A stretch of DNA of 25,739 nucleotides from the IMG/VR virus record IMGVR_UViG_3300042402_000638, positions 1 to 25,739 of that record; one strand, written 5' to 3'. A program made the position numbers and the translations under genes. Under the pieces are notes generated by a model. It saw only the letters and a list, made by a program, of their open reading frames with translations. It was not told where the DNA came from and searched no databases. Within the stretch, counting starts at the first letter, position 1. Each line of letters opens with the position of its first letter. Positions 1 to 9,933 of the stretch are shown piece after piece. This stretch comes from a virus (taxonomy: Duplodnaviria > Caudoviricetes).

Positions 1-212
1 CTAGTTGTATCATCAACAGTATGGGTATAACCACCACGATAGAACTCATCGTAGTTTGCTATATCTTCATCTACTGGATATCTTACTTGTGAATAAGTAG
101 CACCAGATTTAGCAATACTGATACCCCTATTTAATTTATAAAAGTAAAACAGCCTAGCACCACCTGCTGGTCCCTCTTCTACATTAGGTGTTTTAAATAA
201 ATAATATGCCAT
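1..212 (-). CDS. Hypothetical virion-module protein following MCP, truncated by the window edge (MAYYLFKTPNVEEGPAGGARLFYFYKLNRG...)
   Basis: Not in the ORF track. Manually translated from ATG at 212 with RBS AAGGAG just upstream; open to position 1. Confidence 0.8.
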   Translation of the reverse strand, partial: MAYYLFKTPNVEEGPAGGARLFYFYKLNRGISIAKSGATYSQVRYPVDEDIANYDEFYRGGYTHTVDDTT

Positions 213-234
213 TGTTCTCCTTAATGAACTTACT

Positions 235-276
235 GTAAGACACTGCAACGTATTCGCCGTATAAACAGTGTCTTAC
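235..276 (-). other. Stem-loop after MCP stop (attenuator, processing site or stability element)
   Basis: Perfect 11-bp inverted repeat GTAAGACACTG (235-245) / CAGTGTCTTAC (266-276) with a 20-nt loop; no U-tract. Confidence 0.6.
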
Positions 277-286
277 CGTCAATCAA

Positions 287-1255
287 CTAAGCAGCGATTG
301 AAGAACCTGATTCGATTCTGTATAGAGCCTCTTCGCGGTAGCGAGCAAAGCCTAGTACGCCGTACCAGCCCATTGGGCGATGACGCATCAAGCGGTCCAC
401 TACTGGTCCGATTACTGTGTGTGGCTCTTCTGCTACAGCCTCAGCAAGTGCTTGCTGTCCGCAAATAATTGTGCGGTATACGCTGTTAGCAGCGGTTCCA
501 CCAGAACCATCTGCAGCCTTGTACATACGTGGAGTCTCTACGAAGTATGCTCCGCCGTATACACCGATTTCTCCAGCCCATACGCGGTCTTGTGAAGCAC
601 CGTATTGGTTTGGTACTAACCAGTTACCTGTGTCAGTAGCAAGGCGGAAATCGTGTGATACCTCTGGGTGAATACCAGCCCAGAAGTTTGTACCCTTACG
701 AGGTACTGCTTTGTTAGCACGTAGTTTTGCAACTGCCTTTAGAACGTTAGCAGAACTTAGAGTTGCTGCTGAAGTAATTGTTGCAGTTGAAGTTGCTGTT
801 GAACCTGAATAGATTACGTTTGAACCACCACGCAATGTTGTCATTGCGATAGAGTCAATAGAATCTGCAAGGTTAAATGCAATGATGTTAGCAATTGCTG
901 GGTCTACATCTGCAAGAGAGAATAACTCTAATGCACGAGTTACCAATACTGAGTTACCATACTCTGAAAGAGTAATGGTTACTGAGGTTGGTGTAGACAG
1001 CGCCACTGAATCGACATCATCTGTCTCTGTCAATGGTGATGTTGCTGTTGAAAGGTCAACGTAGCGTTGTAGAACAACTGTTGAACCTGGGATTGCTTGT
1101 CTTGCTGGACGCTTATCTGCAACTGAACGAATTAGTGGTTCAGAACGGAGAGCGAATTCAAGAAGACGGTCATACGCCTTTTGAACTAAGCCAGCAGAAC
1201 CAGCGGTTCCTCCAAGAGAGGATGAACCTGTGGTTGTATAATTTACTGTAGGCAT
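287..1255 (-). CDS. Major capsid protein (HK97 fold, N4-gp56-like family)
   Basis: 322 aa, follows the scaffold-like gene, strong RBS GGAGGTGA. Typical MCP motifs: ITLSEYGN, GIHPEV..D, GEIGVYGG..FVET, VDRLMR...GWY. Confidence 0.9.
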   Translation of the reverse strand: MPTVNYTTTGSSSLGGTAGSAGLVQKAYDRLLEFALRSEPLIRSVADKRPARQAIPGSTVVLQRYVDLSTATSPLTETDDVDSVALSTPTSVTITLSEYGNSVLVTRALELFSLADVDPAIANIIAFNLADSIDSIAMTTLRGGSNVIYSGSTATSTATITSAATLSSANVLKAVAKLRANKAVPRKGTNFWAGIHPEVSHDFRLATDTGNWLVPNQYGASQDRVWAGEIGVYGGAYFVETPRMYKAADGSGGTAANSVYRTIICGQQALAEAVAEEPHTVIGPVVDRLMRHRPMGWYGVLGFARYREEALYRIESGSSIAA

Positions 1256-1288
1256 TTCGTCACCTCCAAGTGACTATGAACGGAATTA

Positions 1289-1759
1289 TTATTGTTGTGA
1301 CCGCAATAATGCAATTAACTCATCGGCAGATTCTGCACTGTCGATTCTTGAATTAAAGTCTTGCTCACGGTCTGGTGTAATAGCCCCTTGAGTAACTACA
1401 TCCTGTTGGCGTAATGCCGCAAGGGATGCGTTATCCGCATTAGACTGAGTAGGAACACTAATTCCAAATAAATCTGCGTTATCGTCAAGCCAGTTAGAAA
1501 CTGTATCTTCGTTAACATCATCTAAATCTTTTAGTACTAGTCTTGCTGCTTTAAGGTTTACACCTTTTTTCTCTAGGACTTCCTTGACGACTCGCTCACG
1601 CTGCACCTTGGTTAAACCCTCAAGTTGCTCAGTAAGTTCCTTGATACGCTTCTCATCTGCACGTTTGGCTTTTCTTAGTTTCTTAACTAAGTCATCACCT
1701 TGCAGAGGTGTATCGTTATCTTGGTCTTCGTCTTCGTCTTCCCAGTAATTGTTGCTCAT
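1289..1759 (-). CDS. Capsid scaffolding protein (putative)
   Basis: Acidic N-terminus, coiled coil (KKLRKAKRADEKRIKELTEQLE), immediately upstream of MCP. ATG at 1759 (MSNNYW) fits RBS GAAAGGGTGG better than the tracked start at 1768. Confidence 0.7.
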   Translation of the reverse strand: MSNNYWEDEDEDQDNDTPLQGDDLVKKLRKAKRADEKRIKELTEQLEGLTKVQRERVVKEVLEKKGVNLKAARLVLKDLDDVNEDTVSNWLDDNADLFGISVPTQSNADNASLAALRQQDVVTQGAITPDREQDFNSRIDSAESADELIALLRSQQ

Positions 1760-1789
1760 AGCAACCACCCTTTCTATTCGTTGATTAGT

Positions 1790-1880
1790 TCGTAGACCAC
1801 AGTTCAGTTCGGGGAAACTGGCTGGCTTCTACTCCCAGACTTATACACCTCACGGGGCTGGTAGGTCCGTGTAGGGAATC
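1790..1880 (-). ncRNA. Candidate structured cis-regulatory RNA in the scaffold/MCP leader
   Basis: Stems CACGG/CCGTG, GTAGA/TCTAC, CCA/TGG, CAGTT/AACTG, plus possible loop CCAG pairing with downstream CTGG (pseudoknot), fill the intergenic gap. Confidence 0.45.
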
Positions 1881-1883
1881 TAT

Positions 1884-3140
1884 TTAGAAGTAACCTGCAG
1901 AACTAGACCTACGCATGTAGGTAGTTGATAGTCCAGGTTGTGCTACTCCTGATGAACCTTGGAAGGCTGCTTTTTCACGCTCTACCAATTGTTCTTTTTT
2001 GCGTTTAGCAGATGCTAACCCTTTAAAGGTTGCTTGCTCTGCCTCTGTTTGACCGTAAGTAATTCCTTCTTCATCATAAATCTGACCTAACTTAGTAGCA
2101 GTAGGTAACTCTCCTGCAATGGTTTCATAACCAACCTGTGCCTGCTGTCTAGTAACACCAAATCTAGCAAGGTCTTCAGCAGTAGTAGTAGTGGCTGCTA
2201 ATCCTTGACCTATTGCAGCACCACCAATTTCAGCAGCAGTTGCCTTTTCTTTAAGGTTTACTAAAGCCTTCTTAGGGTCTAAGAAATACTTAACAAGGTC
2301 TGCTTCACCAATACCATAGAATTGTTGGAATGCACTTTTAGTTGCTGGGTCAGCCATCTTAACTCTATCTACAGCAGTAGATACTCTGTCGGTAAATTCA
2401 ATAGCAGATACATCAGCACCAATAACATCGGCTATTGCTGATTGTTTAGTAGCCTTATCTACACCAAAATAACTTTCAAGACCATATGATTTAAGAGTCT
2501 TTGTGTAATCATCTTCTAGCGCTAAGTACTCAGCCTCGCTTAATACATTCAATCCAGCAGTACGTCTTAATTCATTTCCTCTGAATCTTGCAATATAGGC
2601 TTTGTTATATTTAGGGTCAGTCTTCAGGGCAAGGGTTGCCTCTTCTGGCTCATACCCTTCCTTCATTAAAGTTTCTATTACGCTAGATAAGTCATCTAAA
2701 CCATACTGAGCAAAGACACCTTTAAGTAAAGCAAAAGCATTTCTAGTGCCTTTATCTATATCAACATTTTTATTACCACTAGCATCTCCACCAGTATTTA
2801 CATTAGTATTTACATTAGTATTTCCTTTGGGAGTTACTTGTCCAGTATCTGGATTATATACATAACCAAGGTCCTCATATTGTTTTGCAACTTTTTCTGT
2901 TTGAACATCTATACCAGCATAGGCTTTTTCAAATGCTGCTCGTGTTTTTGGGTCAGATATCTGTGAAACTAAACTTCTTGATTCTTCATAAGTAGATTTA
3001 GCAGTAATGGTTGGTAAAGGGACAGCCCCAGTTTTTATTATTTCTTGTGCCTTTGCTAGTCCAGTATCAGCCTGAACGGCTGCTAATGCATCTCTAACCG
3101 CTTTTTCTTCTGCGGACATTTTAGATTTTTTAGTTGCCAT
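1884..3140 (-). CDS. Putative internal virion / ejection protein
   Basis: 418 aa, Ala/Gly/Thr-rich and helical, inside the structural operon, start overlaps the upstream stop. Function inferred from context only. Confidence 0.5.
   Translation of the reverse strand: MATKKSKMSAEEKAVRDALAAVQADTGLAKAQEIIKTGAVPLPTITAKSTYEESRSLVSQISDPKTRAAFEKAYAGIDVQTEKVAKQYEDLGYVYNPDTGQVTPKGNTNVNTNVNTGGDASGNKNVDIDKGTRNAFALLKGVFAQYGLDDLSSVIETLMKEGYEPEEATLALKTDPKYNKAYIARFRGNELRRTAGLNVLSEAEYLALEDDYTKTLKSYGLESYFGVDKATKQSAIADVIGADVSAIEFTDRVSTAVDRVKMADPATKSAFQQFYGIGEADLVKYFLDPKKALVNLKEKATAAEIGGAAIGQGLAATTTTAEDLARFGVTRQQAQVGYETIAGELPTATKLGQIYDEEGITYGQTEAEQATFKGLASAKRKKEQLVEREKAAFQGSSGVAQPGLSTTYMRRSSSAGYF
2793..2823. repeat. 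In-frame 12-bp tandem repeat (AGTATTTACATT x ~2.5) encoding the NTNVNTNVNT linker
   Basis: Read directly from the sequence. Confidence 0.8.
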
Positions 3141-4810
3141 TATGCTATCAATCCAAAGTTACGAAGAATATTGTTGGCATATCCAGCAGCAGTCTCTAGA
3201 GCATTTGAAGTATTACCCCAACGTGGGTCCTTTTTAAGGACACGTTCAAATTCAGTCAAGTTCATTGCTCCTTTATTTCCGTTATTCTTAAGTGCTAATT
3301 GAATGGTTGGATTCAATGTATCAACTTGGTTTTCTGGTATCTCTAAAATCTGACGCATTGCATATTTATAGTTAGCAGATAAATCATCAAGGTCAACATC
3401 TTCAGATAGAACATCTGCTAGGTTAGAATAGGTAGCCTTAGATATAGCAAGTATCTTTGCATTAATTGCTTTAGTATTGTTTTCATTATTCTTTAATGAA
3501 TTTGCTACATACTTCAAGGCATCTTGATTAGTTAGTGTTACGCCATACTTCTTAGCATAGGCTAGTGTGCTATTAACTGCTTGAGCAGCACCTGAACCAC
3601 CCTTTAATACTGTATCAATATCAGAGCCATCAAGTGCTTTGCCAGCAATTTTACGCTGTAGTTGAAGTATATCTTCAGCATCTAATTGATACTCACCCGT
3701 GGTTACCTTTGAGGTACCACCAGAATCTGTATCTTTAGTAGTAGTAACTTGAGCATTTTTCTTTTCTAGTGCTCTTAAATCTTTGTAGTATTTGTTTAGT
3801 TCTTCATCTGTAGCGGCTCTTCCTACATAGTCTATAAAGAATCTATTTAGGTCAGAATCTGCTTCATCCTTTTTAGTTACATACTCATTGTAATCTACCT
3901 GTGGACCACCAAGGCCAGCACTCTTAAGGTCTTCCTGTACATATTGAAAAAATGACTTTGGGTTAATATTCTTATTAATCTCTAAATCATTTACCATTGC
4001 CTTAGTATGTTTTTGTAAGGCGTATGATAATGCTTTGCCAAAACTCTCACTAGTAGTATCAAGTCTATTGTAATCGTTCTGAGGGATTCTAAGACCAGCA
4101 TTTCTTAAGTCATCAAATAAACCCTTAAGACCACGAGGAGATTTAATAGAATCTTCTATAACTCTTTTTCTTACTCCATCAAAATTAGATGTAGAAGGCG
4201 CATAATCATTAACAAGTTGGCCAGGCTTATCTTTCATAAATAATGGAACTTTAGTTTGAGGTCCTATGTAAATATACTGTTGAACCTGACTATCACCTTC
4301 AGTACCACTAACCCAACTACCACCAGTACCAGGGTCAACTGTTACCTTTAAACCTTTAGCATTAACATCTTTTACAAACTCATTATCACCCTCATATGGC
4401 TTAATGCCAGGAGTACCACCATCTGCAGTTATCTGTGCCGCTTCTAAGGTTTCAATCTCTGCTTTTAGTTTTGCGGCTTTATCTCTCTGAAGAGTTTCTT
4501 CCGCTCTTGCTTGTTCTTTTTTCTTATCTTCAATTTCTTTAGTTCTTTTTTCTTTTGCTTTAGCATCTGCAATAGTAGATAACTGAACACTAATTGATTC
4601 TATTTCAGCAATACGTGCAGTAACCTGAGCATCTAATTCAGTTAATCTAGCCTTTGCTGCATTGTATCTACTAACAGCACTTGGTCTATCATCATCATCC
4701 CAAATAGCCATATCCTGACGCTGAAGGTCCATATCCCGCTGGTCACGGGAATTTAATGCTTTAAGACCTCTTTGCTTGTCTCTTAAATCACGTTCTGTTA
4801 ATTGAGCCAT
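3140..4810 (-). CDS. Putative internal virion / ejection protein with N-terminal coiled coil
   Basis: 556 aa, charged coiled coil over the first ~125 aa, stop/start overlaps with both neighbours. Function by context. Confidence 0.5.
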   Translation of the reverse strand: MAQLTERDLRDKQRGLKALNSRDQRDMDLQRQDMAIWDDDDRPSAVSRYNAAKARLTELDAQVTARIAEIESISVQLSTIADAKAKEKRTKEIEDKKKEQARAEETLQRDKAAKLKAEIETLEAAQITADGGTPGIKPYEGDNEFVKDVNAKGLKVTVDPGTGGSWVSGTEGDSQVQQYIYIGPQTKVPLFMKDKPGQLVNDYAPSTSNFDGVRKRVIEDSIKSPRGLKGLFDDLRNAGLRIPQNDYNRLDTTSESFGKALSYALQKHTKAMVNDLEINKNINPKSFFQYVQEDLKSAGLGGPQVDYNEYVTKKDEADSDLNRFFIDYVGRAATDEELNKYYKDLRALEKKNAQVTTTKDTDSGGTSKVTTGEYQLDAEDILQLQRKIAGKALDGSDIDTVLKGGSGAAQAVNSTLAYAKKYGVTLTNQDALKYVANSLKNNENNTKAINAKILAISKATYSNLADVLSEDVDLDDLSANYKYAMRQILEIPENQVDTLNPTIQLALKNNGNKGAMNLTEFERVLKKDPRWGNTSNALETAAGYANNILRNFGLIA

Positions 4811-7800
4811 TAGTATCCTTTATATGCTTTAGCGGTATAGGTATCGCGTGAGTAGTAACCAAGAATTGATTTAAATATTGCTCTGCTTGCTTCTGTCAAG
4901 ACAGCATCTCCAGTACTTAAACTTGCAATTAAGTTCTCTACTTCATTTCTGAAGTTTCTTTTAATATCAGCAAAGTTTTCTGCCTCACGAAGTGAAGCAT
5001 CATTAGCCAAAGATACAAACTGACGGACTCTTGATGTAACCATTGCTAGTCTTTGACGTGTTCCAACTGGCATATTAATAGATGAATCTTTAATCATCTC
5101 TTCAAGGTTAGACAACATATTTAGTTCTGTTGCTACCTCATTACCACCAGCCACAAGGGCTGCCTCAAGTAATGGATTAGATACCTTAAGTAAAGCACGC
5201 TGTCTTGTTGCTTCAGCAATCTTTGCTCTACGAGCACTAATGCTAGGTGTTGACCTTAAGAACTCTTTTTCTTCTTTAGCAATATCGTAATAGGCTTGCT
5301 TGTCCTTAGCCACCAAAACATCTAGGTAGTATCTCTCTAAAGACTTATCCTGAAGTAGTCCTGCTGCCTCTAGATATGCATAGGTAGGGGCATCAAACTC
5401 TCCTGTATGTGGTGCAAATATCCAGGCTGCCTCACCATACTTTTTAACATTGCTTTCATTCTGTATAGCCCAAGACTTAACAGCCTTAGTCTTCTGAATA
5501 ACTACGTTAGTTTGCTTCTCATTACGAGCAACTGTATAGATTAACTTACCTGGATTCTTACCTACAAATGTAGCAACTGCTAACTCATATGGGTCTTGAA
5601 CATCACCCTTATATTTCTGAGTTACTGCATTAACTAGGTCATAAAACTCTGGACGTAGTCCTGTTATACCCACCTCTTTGAGGTAGTCTGGAACGTTAAT
5701 ACTCTCTTGAACTGATGGTGCAATTGGTGAGAATAAACCAATAATATTACGCATAACAACTACGTTATGTGCAGATATTCTAATTTGCTTTAAGTAGTTG
5801 TATTTATCCTCTGCTGATGCATTAGGGTCTAAGTACTTAGCCATCTGCTCATCAGTACTAAAGGCTTGATTGTAAGCAATAGCCTGCATAGCAGCAGTAG
5901 ATTCTTGCCTATCCTTTTCATCTTTAGGTACTATTGAATATAGTTTTTGCAATGATGAAGGAACTAAAGCACGCATTACTGTCATACCATCGCCTATATC
6001 ACCAAGGGCGTAGTTATCTAACTCTTCTGATAACTCTTTGGCTGGTGGTACTTTACCCAATAAAGACTTCATAGTTAGCACGCTTAGTGCACCAATAGGT
6101 CCAGATAGCGTGGGCATACCAGCATCTGGGCTGAATGAAGGGTTAGCCAAGGTTAGTTTAAATGTAAACTCATTAAACTTTGGTTGCTTGAAACTCTGCT
6201 CACCTGGTCCTAATGCACGAACTGTGGCATCTACAACGCCAAATATAACGTTGTCTGTTGGCATCATAATGTATGGTTCGCCATTGTTATCTTTATATAC
6301 GCCACCTGCAGCATCTAAACCAAGGTGCATTAATCGCATACGGTATAGAACTCTAGGTCCTATATCTTTTAGACGGTAAATTCTGCGCCAAAAATCCTCA
6401 GTGGCACGGTAGTAGCGACCAGTATTACGGACTGCTACAGCAAAGTTAGTTCTAACATTAGGGTTATCAACAAACTTTAATACAGAATCTGCTGCTTCTT
6501 GAACAGATACTTCTGTTATAAGTTTCTGAGCATGCTGTTTTGTATCCTCTAGGATTGCTGATTTAACTTTATCTCCTAGAACTTTACCTTCGTCTTCATA
6601 CTCTTTTAGTTTGTCTAAGTAAAGTTTTGTAGCCATTTGTTTTTCTAATGCAGCATAATTTTTGCGTACATCTAAGTACTTAATCATTACTACTGGTTGA
6701 CGCAGGATACCTGTTACTTGGTTATCCATTAATTCCATCATACCGTTGCCTAGTTTGGCATAGGCACTTTCCATATCAGAAATACCTGGACCTTCAAGGG
6801 TAGTAAACAATTTACCTTTAGGTTGATAGCCTTTAGTTAACTCTTCAAACTCTTCAAATGTTATTCTTTGTGCTGCCTTTTGAGCCTTATTGGATACTCT
6901 GTTTCCAGACTCTAATTCTTCTTTTACTATATCATCGTAGGTAGATTTTAACTTATTAAACAATGCTTCATTGAACCCTGATGCACTACCGTGGAAAGTC
7001 TGACGCATATCTAGTAGAACACGGTCAATTAAAACCTCAGCAATTTCCATATCATCTAGTCCTTGCAAACGCAAAGCGCTAGTATGGGCTGTCATATTTA
7101 AAAAGTCTTTTAGTGCTTCTGGGTCTTTAACTGAGTGTGTAATTTTTACACCTAATGTAGGTATTACATCCTCATCAAATCTACCAAGTAGGTCTGTATT
7201 TTTTCTTAGACCTACGTTTTCTAATAGGTAAGTTTTAGCACCAGCAAAGTCACGCTCTGTTCTTAAGCCTTTGCTTAATACAAACGCAGCAACTGGATTA
7301 AACTTATACTTCTCACTAATACCTTGAATCTTTCTAGTATTACCATAGAAGCGTTGCACAAAATTTTCAAAATGAACTAAAGAAACACCACGACCTGCAA
7401 GGGCTTGAAGTGAAGCCAACTTCTCTGTATCTATTCTTTGACCAGTTTTACCTTTAGCCAAATCTGGGAAAAGACCTACGGCTATATCAAGGTTACTCAT
7501 ATTAACTAACTCTTCAGCAACCTCAGTTGACTGACGTCCAACAAGGCTTGCTCCTGCAGCAATAGACCTGGTACCTGCAGTTAGATATTGTGAGTTTAAA
7601 GTTAATCCTTGTATTAAGAACTGAACTTCATTATCATTTAGTTTACCAAGAAAACCTTTACGGTTCATTGCCTCAGTAATATATTGGGCTTGGGCTAACT
7701 TACGCTCTAAAGATGTTAGTTCTTCTGGCTCTTTGCCAACTGTATTAGCGTAATCGCTAATCATTGCCAATCTTGCATCTTTATCGTACATATCAGCAGG

Positions 7801-9933
7801 GGTTTTTCTACCCATTGCTCTAGAAATCTTAACTCTTAACTGTTCACCACTCCTAGAACCAGAGTATGCAGCAGCAATTCTGCCCATTCTATGACCTTTA
7901 CGGTCTAAGTATTGGAATAAATCCTTAGCAGGTGCTGTCAGATAGTAAATAAAACCTTCATCAATGCTGCTTCGTATACCTAAACGTGGGAAAAGTGTAA
8001 ACAAAGACCAGAAATTAACAATTCCAGTTGCTAATGCGCTACTTGTAGCGCCACCAAACATAGCGGAAACTAATTTTCCTCTGTTTGCTTCATAGGAATA
8101 CTGTGCTAGTTGTTGATAATCAAGGGTAGATATTGCACCACGCTCTTGAAATGGGTGGATAATACCTTCTGAGTCAAATTTTACTGCATCGCCATCTAGT
8201 TTAACACCAGCCTTGGATACAACATTTTCAAAACCTATAGGAACATCTAATTTTTCAGTAACTGCTACACCAACTGAAGAACCATATTTTTCTTCAAGGG
8301 TTTTTCTTATGTAATCTCTACCCTTTTCTGTGCCTTCAATTCCCAAACGTTGCATAATTGCAACATCAAGGCTACGAAGCATAGCAACTTGGTCATTTGC
8401 AGTAGAGTTAATAAACTTAACAGTTAAAGCCTCTGACAAATCCTTTGGCAATACCTGACGTGCTGTATCTCTAAAGACGTTTGCAGTTTTAATAGACTGG
8501 TTACTGTCAGTAACATTAAGTTTAATCTCTTTATTTTGTGGAGTACGTGCTAAAAGAAGAGAAACTTTTTCTTTAAGATTCTTACGGGTAAATTTTGTAA
8601 AGTCTATTATTTCTGGACCTATTAACTCAGCCTCACGGGTAGAACCTGCTTTAACAAGTGACTTTGATATTTCATCAACTGACTTAGCAATTTCTTTAGT
8701 AGTACCAGATGCAGGATTTAGGAAATTACTTAGTGCTTTTTGAGCACCAGTAGTTAACCTGCGTTGGTTTCTTGCAGTGGCTATACCATTGCGGAAGAAC
8801 TGAGCACCCTCAACTCTACCTGCCATAAACATAGATAGATTATCAACATTTGTAAAAACTGTTTGAGCACGACTAGCATTGACAACATTGTTTCTTTCTA
8901 GGAAGTCAATGGCCTCATCGTTGTTATAACCAGGAAAACGTCTTTTAATATCATTACGTATTCCAATTTTAGCAATCTCATCTGGCTCGGCATTAAGTCT
9001 TTTAATTTCAGGACCTAGTTGGTCATCCCATAACTTAACTACATCTTTGTTGTCTCGGAATATATCTCTTACTCCAGCAACACCAAACTGCTCAATAGTC
9101 TTACGCATTTGAGTACCAGTTTGATTAGCCATACCAAGTACTCTGCCTTTAATAGCAGCGCTTACACCACCAGTAACATAAGTTAGTGGGTCAACTGCAA
9201 TTTGATATATAAAATCTATAGGACCAGAGATGCCTTGTATTCCAGTAGCACGGCTAATATCTCTACCTGGAGATACTTGTGCATTCTTAACGCCATCCAT
9301 TACTTGCTGAAATGCTTCTGGATTATTATACGCTTCTTCTAAAGCATCTAGCATTTTTGGATTTATTGCACCACCAGCGCTAGCAATAATCTCTCCTGGT
9401 TTTTTACCAGCAATTAAACCTTTTGCTATCTCTACTTTTTCAACACCAAAATAATCCATAGCATTTGTTAATGCTCCTTGGTCATAAACTCTGCGACCAT
9501 CCCAAGCATCACTAAATGATTCTTTAGTAAATAAACCTTCACCTTGTGCAGCCTGACGGGCTAGTAGGTAGGGTGTATTAATTGCTCTATTGAAAACACC
9601 AGCAGCCTTAAACAATAAAACTAATGGACTCTTAAGAACTGTAAATCCAGTTTTTATTGCACCAGTAAGATAGTTACTAGCACCTGGTTCTGCTAATTGA
9701 TAATCTGATTCTGGAAATAAAAACTTTAGTTTTTCTTGAGCACTAGGGTCTAAACCCTCAAATTCTTTACGGGCAGCATCAATAGGTAATTGATTTAATT
9801 TTTTATTTTTTTCAACAGTCCAACTAAATTGTTCTAATTGGGTTCCCTGTTCCATAGGAATATTTGCGGCTTTAGCAGCGGCATAAAGGTTGGGACTAGC
9901 CTTGGCTACTATTGGATTAAGACGATATGCCAT
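4810..9933 (-). CDS. Large virion-associated protein (putative DNA ejection / internal core protein)
   Basis: 1707 aa, appears mostly helical, in the structural operon. No tape-measure periodicity or polymerase motif recognised. Confidence 0.55.
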   Translation of the reverse strand: MAYRLNPIVAKASPNLYAAAKAANIPMEQGTQLEQFSWTVEKNKKLNQLPIDAARKEFEGLDPSAQEKLKFLFPESDYQLAEPGASNYLTGAIKTGFTVLKSPLVLLFKAAGVFNRAINTPYLLARQAAQGEGLFTKESFSDAWDGRRVYDQGALTNAMDYFGVEKVEIAKGLIAGKKPGEIIASAGGAINPKMLDALEEAYNNPEAFQQVMDGVKNAQVSPGRDISRATGIQGISGPIDFIYQIAVDPLTYVTGGVSAAIKGRVLGMANQTGTQMRKTIEQFGVAGVRDIFRDNKDVVKLWDDQLGPEIKRLNAEPDEIAKIGIRNDIKRRFPGYNNDEAIDFLERNNVVNASRAQTVFTNVDNLSMFMAGRVEGAQFFRNGIATARNQRRLTTGAQKALSNFLNPASGTTKEIAKSVDEISKSLVKAGSTREAELIGPEIIDFTKFTRKNLKEKVSLLLARTPQNKEIKLNVTDSNQSIKTANVFRDTARQVLPKDLSEALTVKFINSTANDQVAMLRSLDVAIMQRLGIEGTEKGRDYIRKTLEEKYGSSVGVAVTEKLDVPIGFENVVSKAGVKLDGDAVKFDSEGIIHPFQERGAISTLDYQQLAQYSYEANRGKLVSAMFGGATSSALATGIVNFWSLFTLFPRLGIRSSIDEGFIYYLTAPAKDLFQYLDRKGHRMGRIAAAYSGSRSGEQLRVKISRAMGRKTPADMYDKDARLAMISDYANTVGKEPEELTSLERKLAQAQYITEAMNRKGFLGKLNDNEVQFLIQGLTLNSQYLTAGTRSIAAGASLVGRQSTEVAEELVNMSNLDIAVGLFPDLAKGKTGQRIDTEKLASLQALAGRGVSLVHFENFVQRFYGNTRKIQGISEKYKFNPVAAFVLSKGLRTERDFAGAKTYLLENVGLRKNTDLLGRFDEDVIPTLGVKITHSVKDPEALKDFLNMTAHTSALRLQGLDDMEIAEVLIDRVLLDMRQTFHGSASGFNEALFNKLKSTYDDIVKEELESGNRVSNKAQKAAQRITFEEFEELTKGYQPKGKLFTTLEGPGISDMESAYAKLGNGMMELMDNQVTGILRQPVVMIKYLDVRKNYAALEKQMATKLYLDKLKEYEDEGKVLGDKVKSAILEDTKQHAQKLITEVSVQEAADSVLKFVDNPNVRTNFAVAVRNTGRYYRATEDFWRRIYRLKDIGPRVLYRMRLMHLGLDAAGGVYKDNNGEPYIMMPTDNVIFGVVDATVRALGPGEQSFKQPKFNEFTFKLTLANPSFSPDAGMPTLSGPIGALSVLTMKSLLGKVPPAKELSEELDNYALGDIGDGMTVMRALVPSSLQKLYSIVPKDEKDRQESTAAMQAIAYNQAFSTDEQMAKYLDPNASAEDKYNYLKQIRISAHNVVVMRNIIGLFSPIAPSVQESINVPDYLKEVGITGLRPEFYDLVNAVTQKYKGDVQDPYELAVATFVGKNPGKLIYTVARNEKQTNVVIQKTKAVKSWAIQNESNVKKYGEAAWIFAPHTGEFDAPTYAYLEAAGLLQDKSLERYYLDVLVAKDKQAYYDIAKEEKEFLRSTPSISARRAKIAEATRQRALLKVSNPLLEAALVAGGNEVATELNMLSNLEEMIKDSSINMPVGTRQRLAMVTSRVRQFVSLANDASLREAENFADIKRNFRNEVENLIASLSTGDAVLTEASRAIFKSILGYYSRDTYTAKAYKGY

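Noticed and set aside
268-1251. Plus-strand ORFs over the MCP gene (268-468, 380-595, 417-671, 882-1064, 1033-1251)
   Set aside because: Antisense shadows of a strong gene, with no convincing RBS or protein-like motifs.
4810-9933. Virion RNA polymerase or tape measure identity for the 1707-aa protein
   Set aside because: No DxDGD or T7-type polymerase motifs and no tape-measure repeats recognised; left unassigned.
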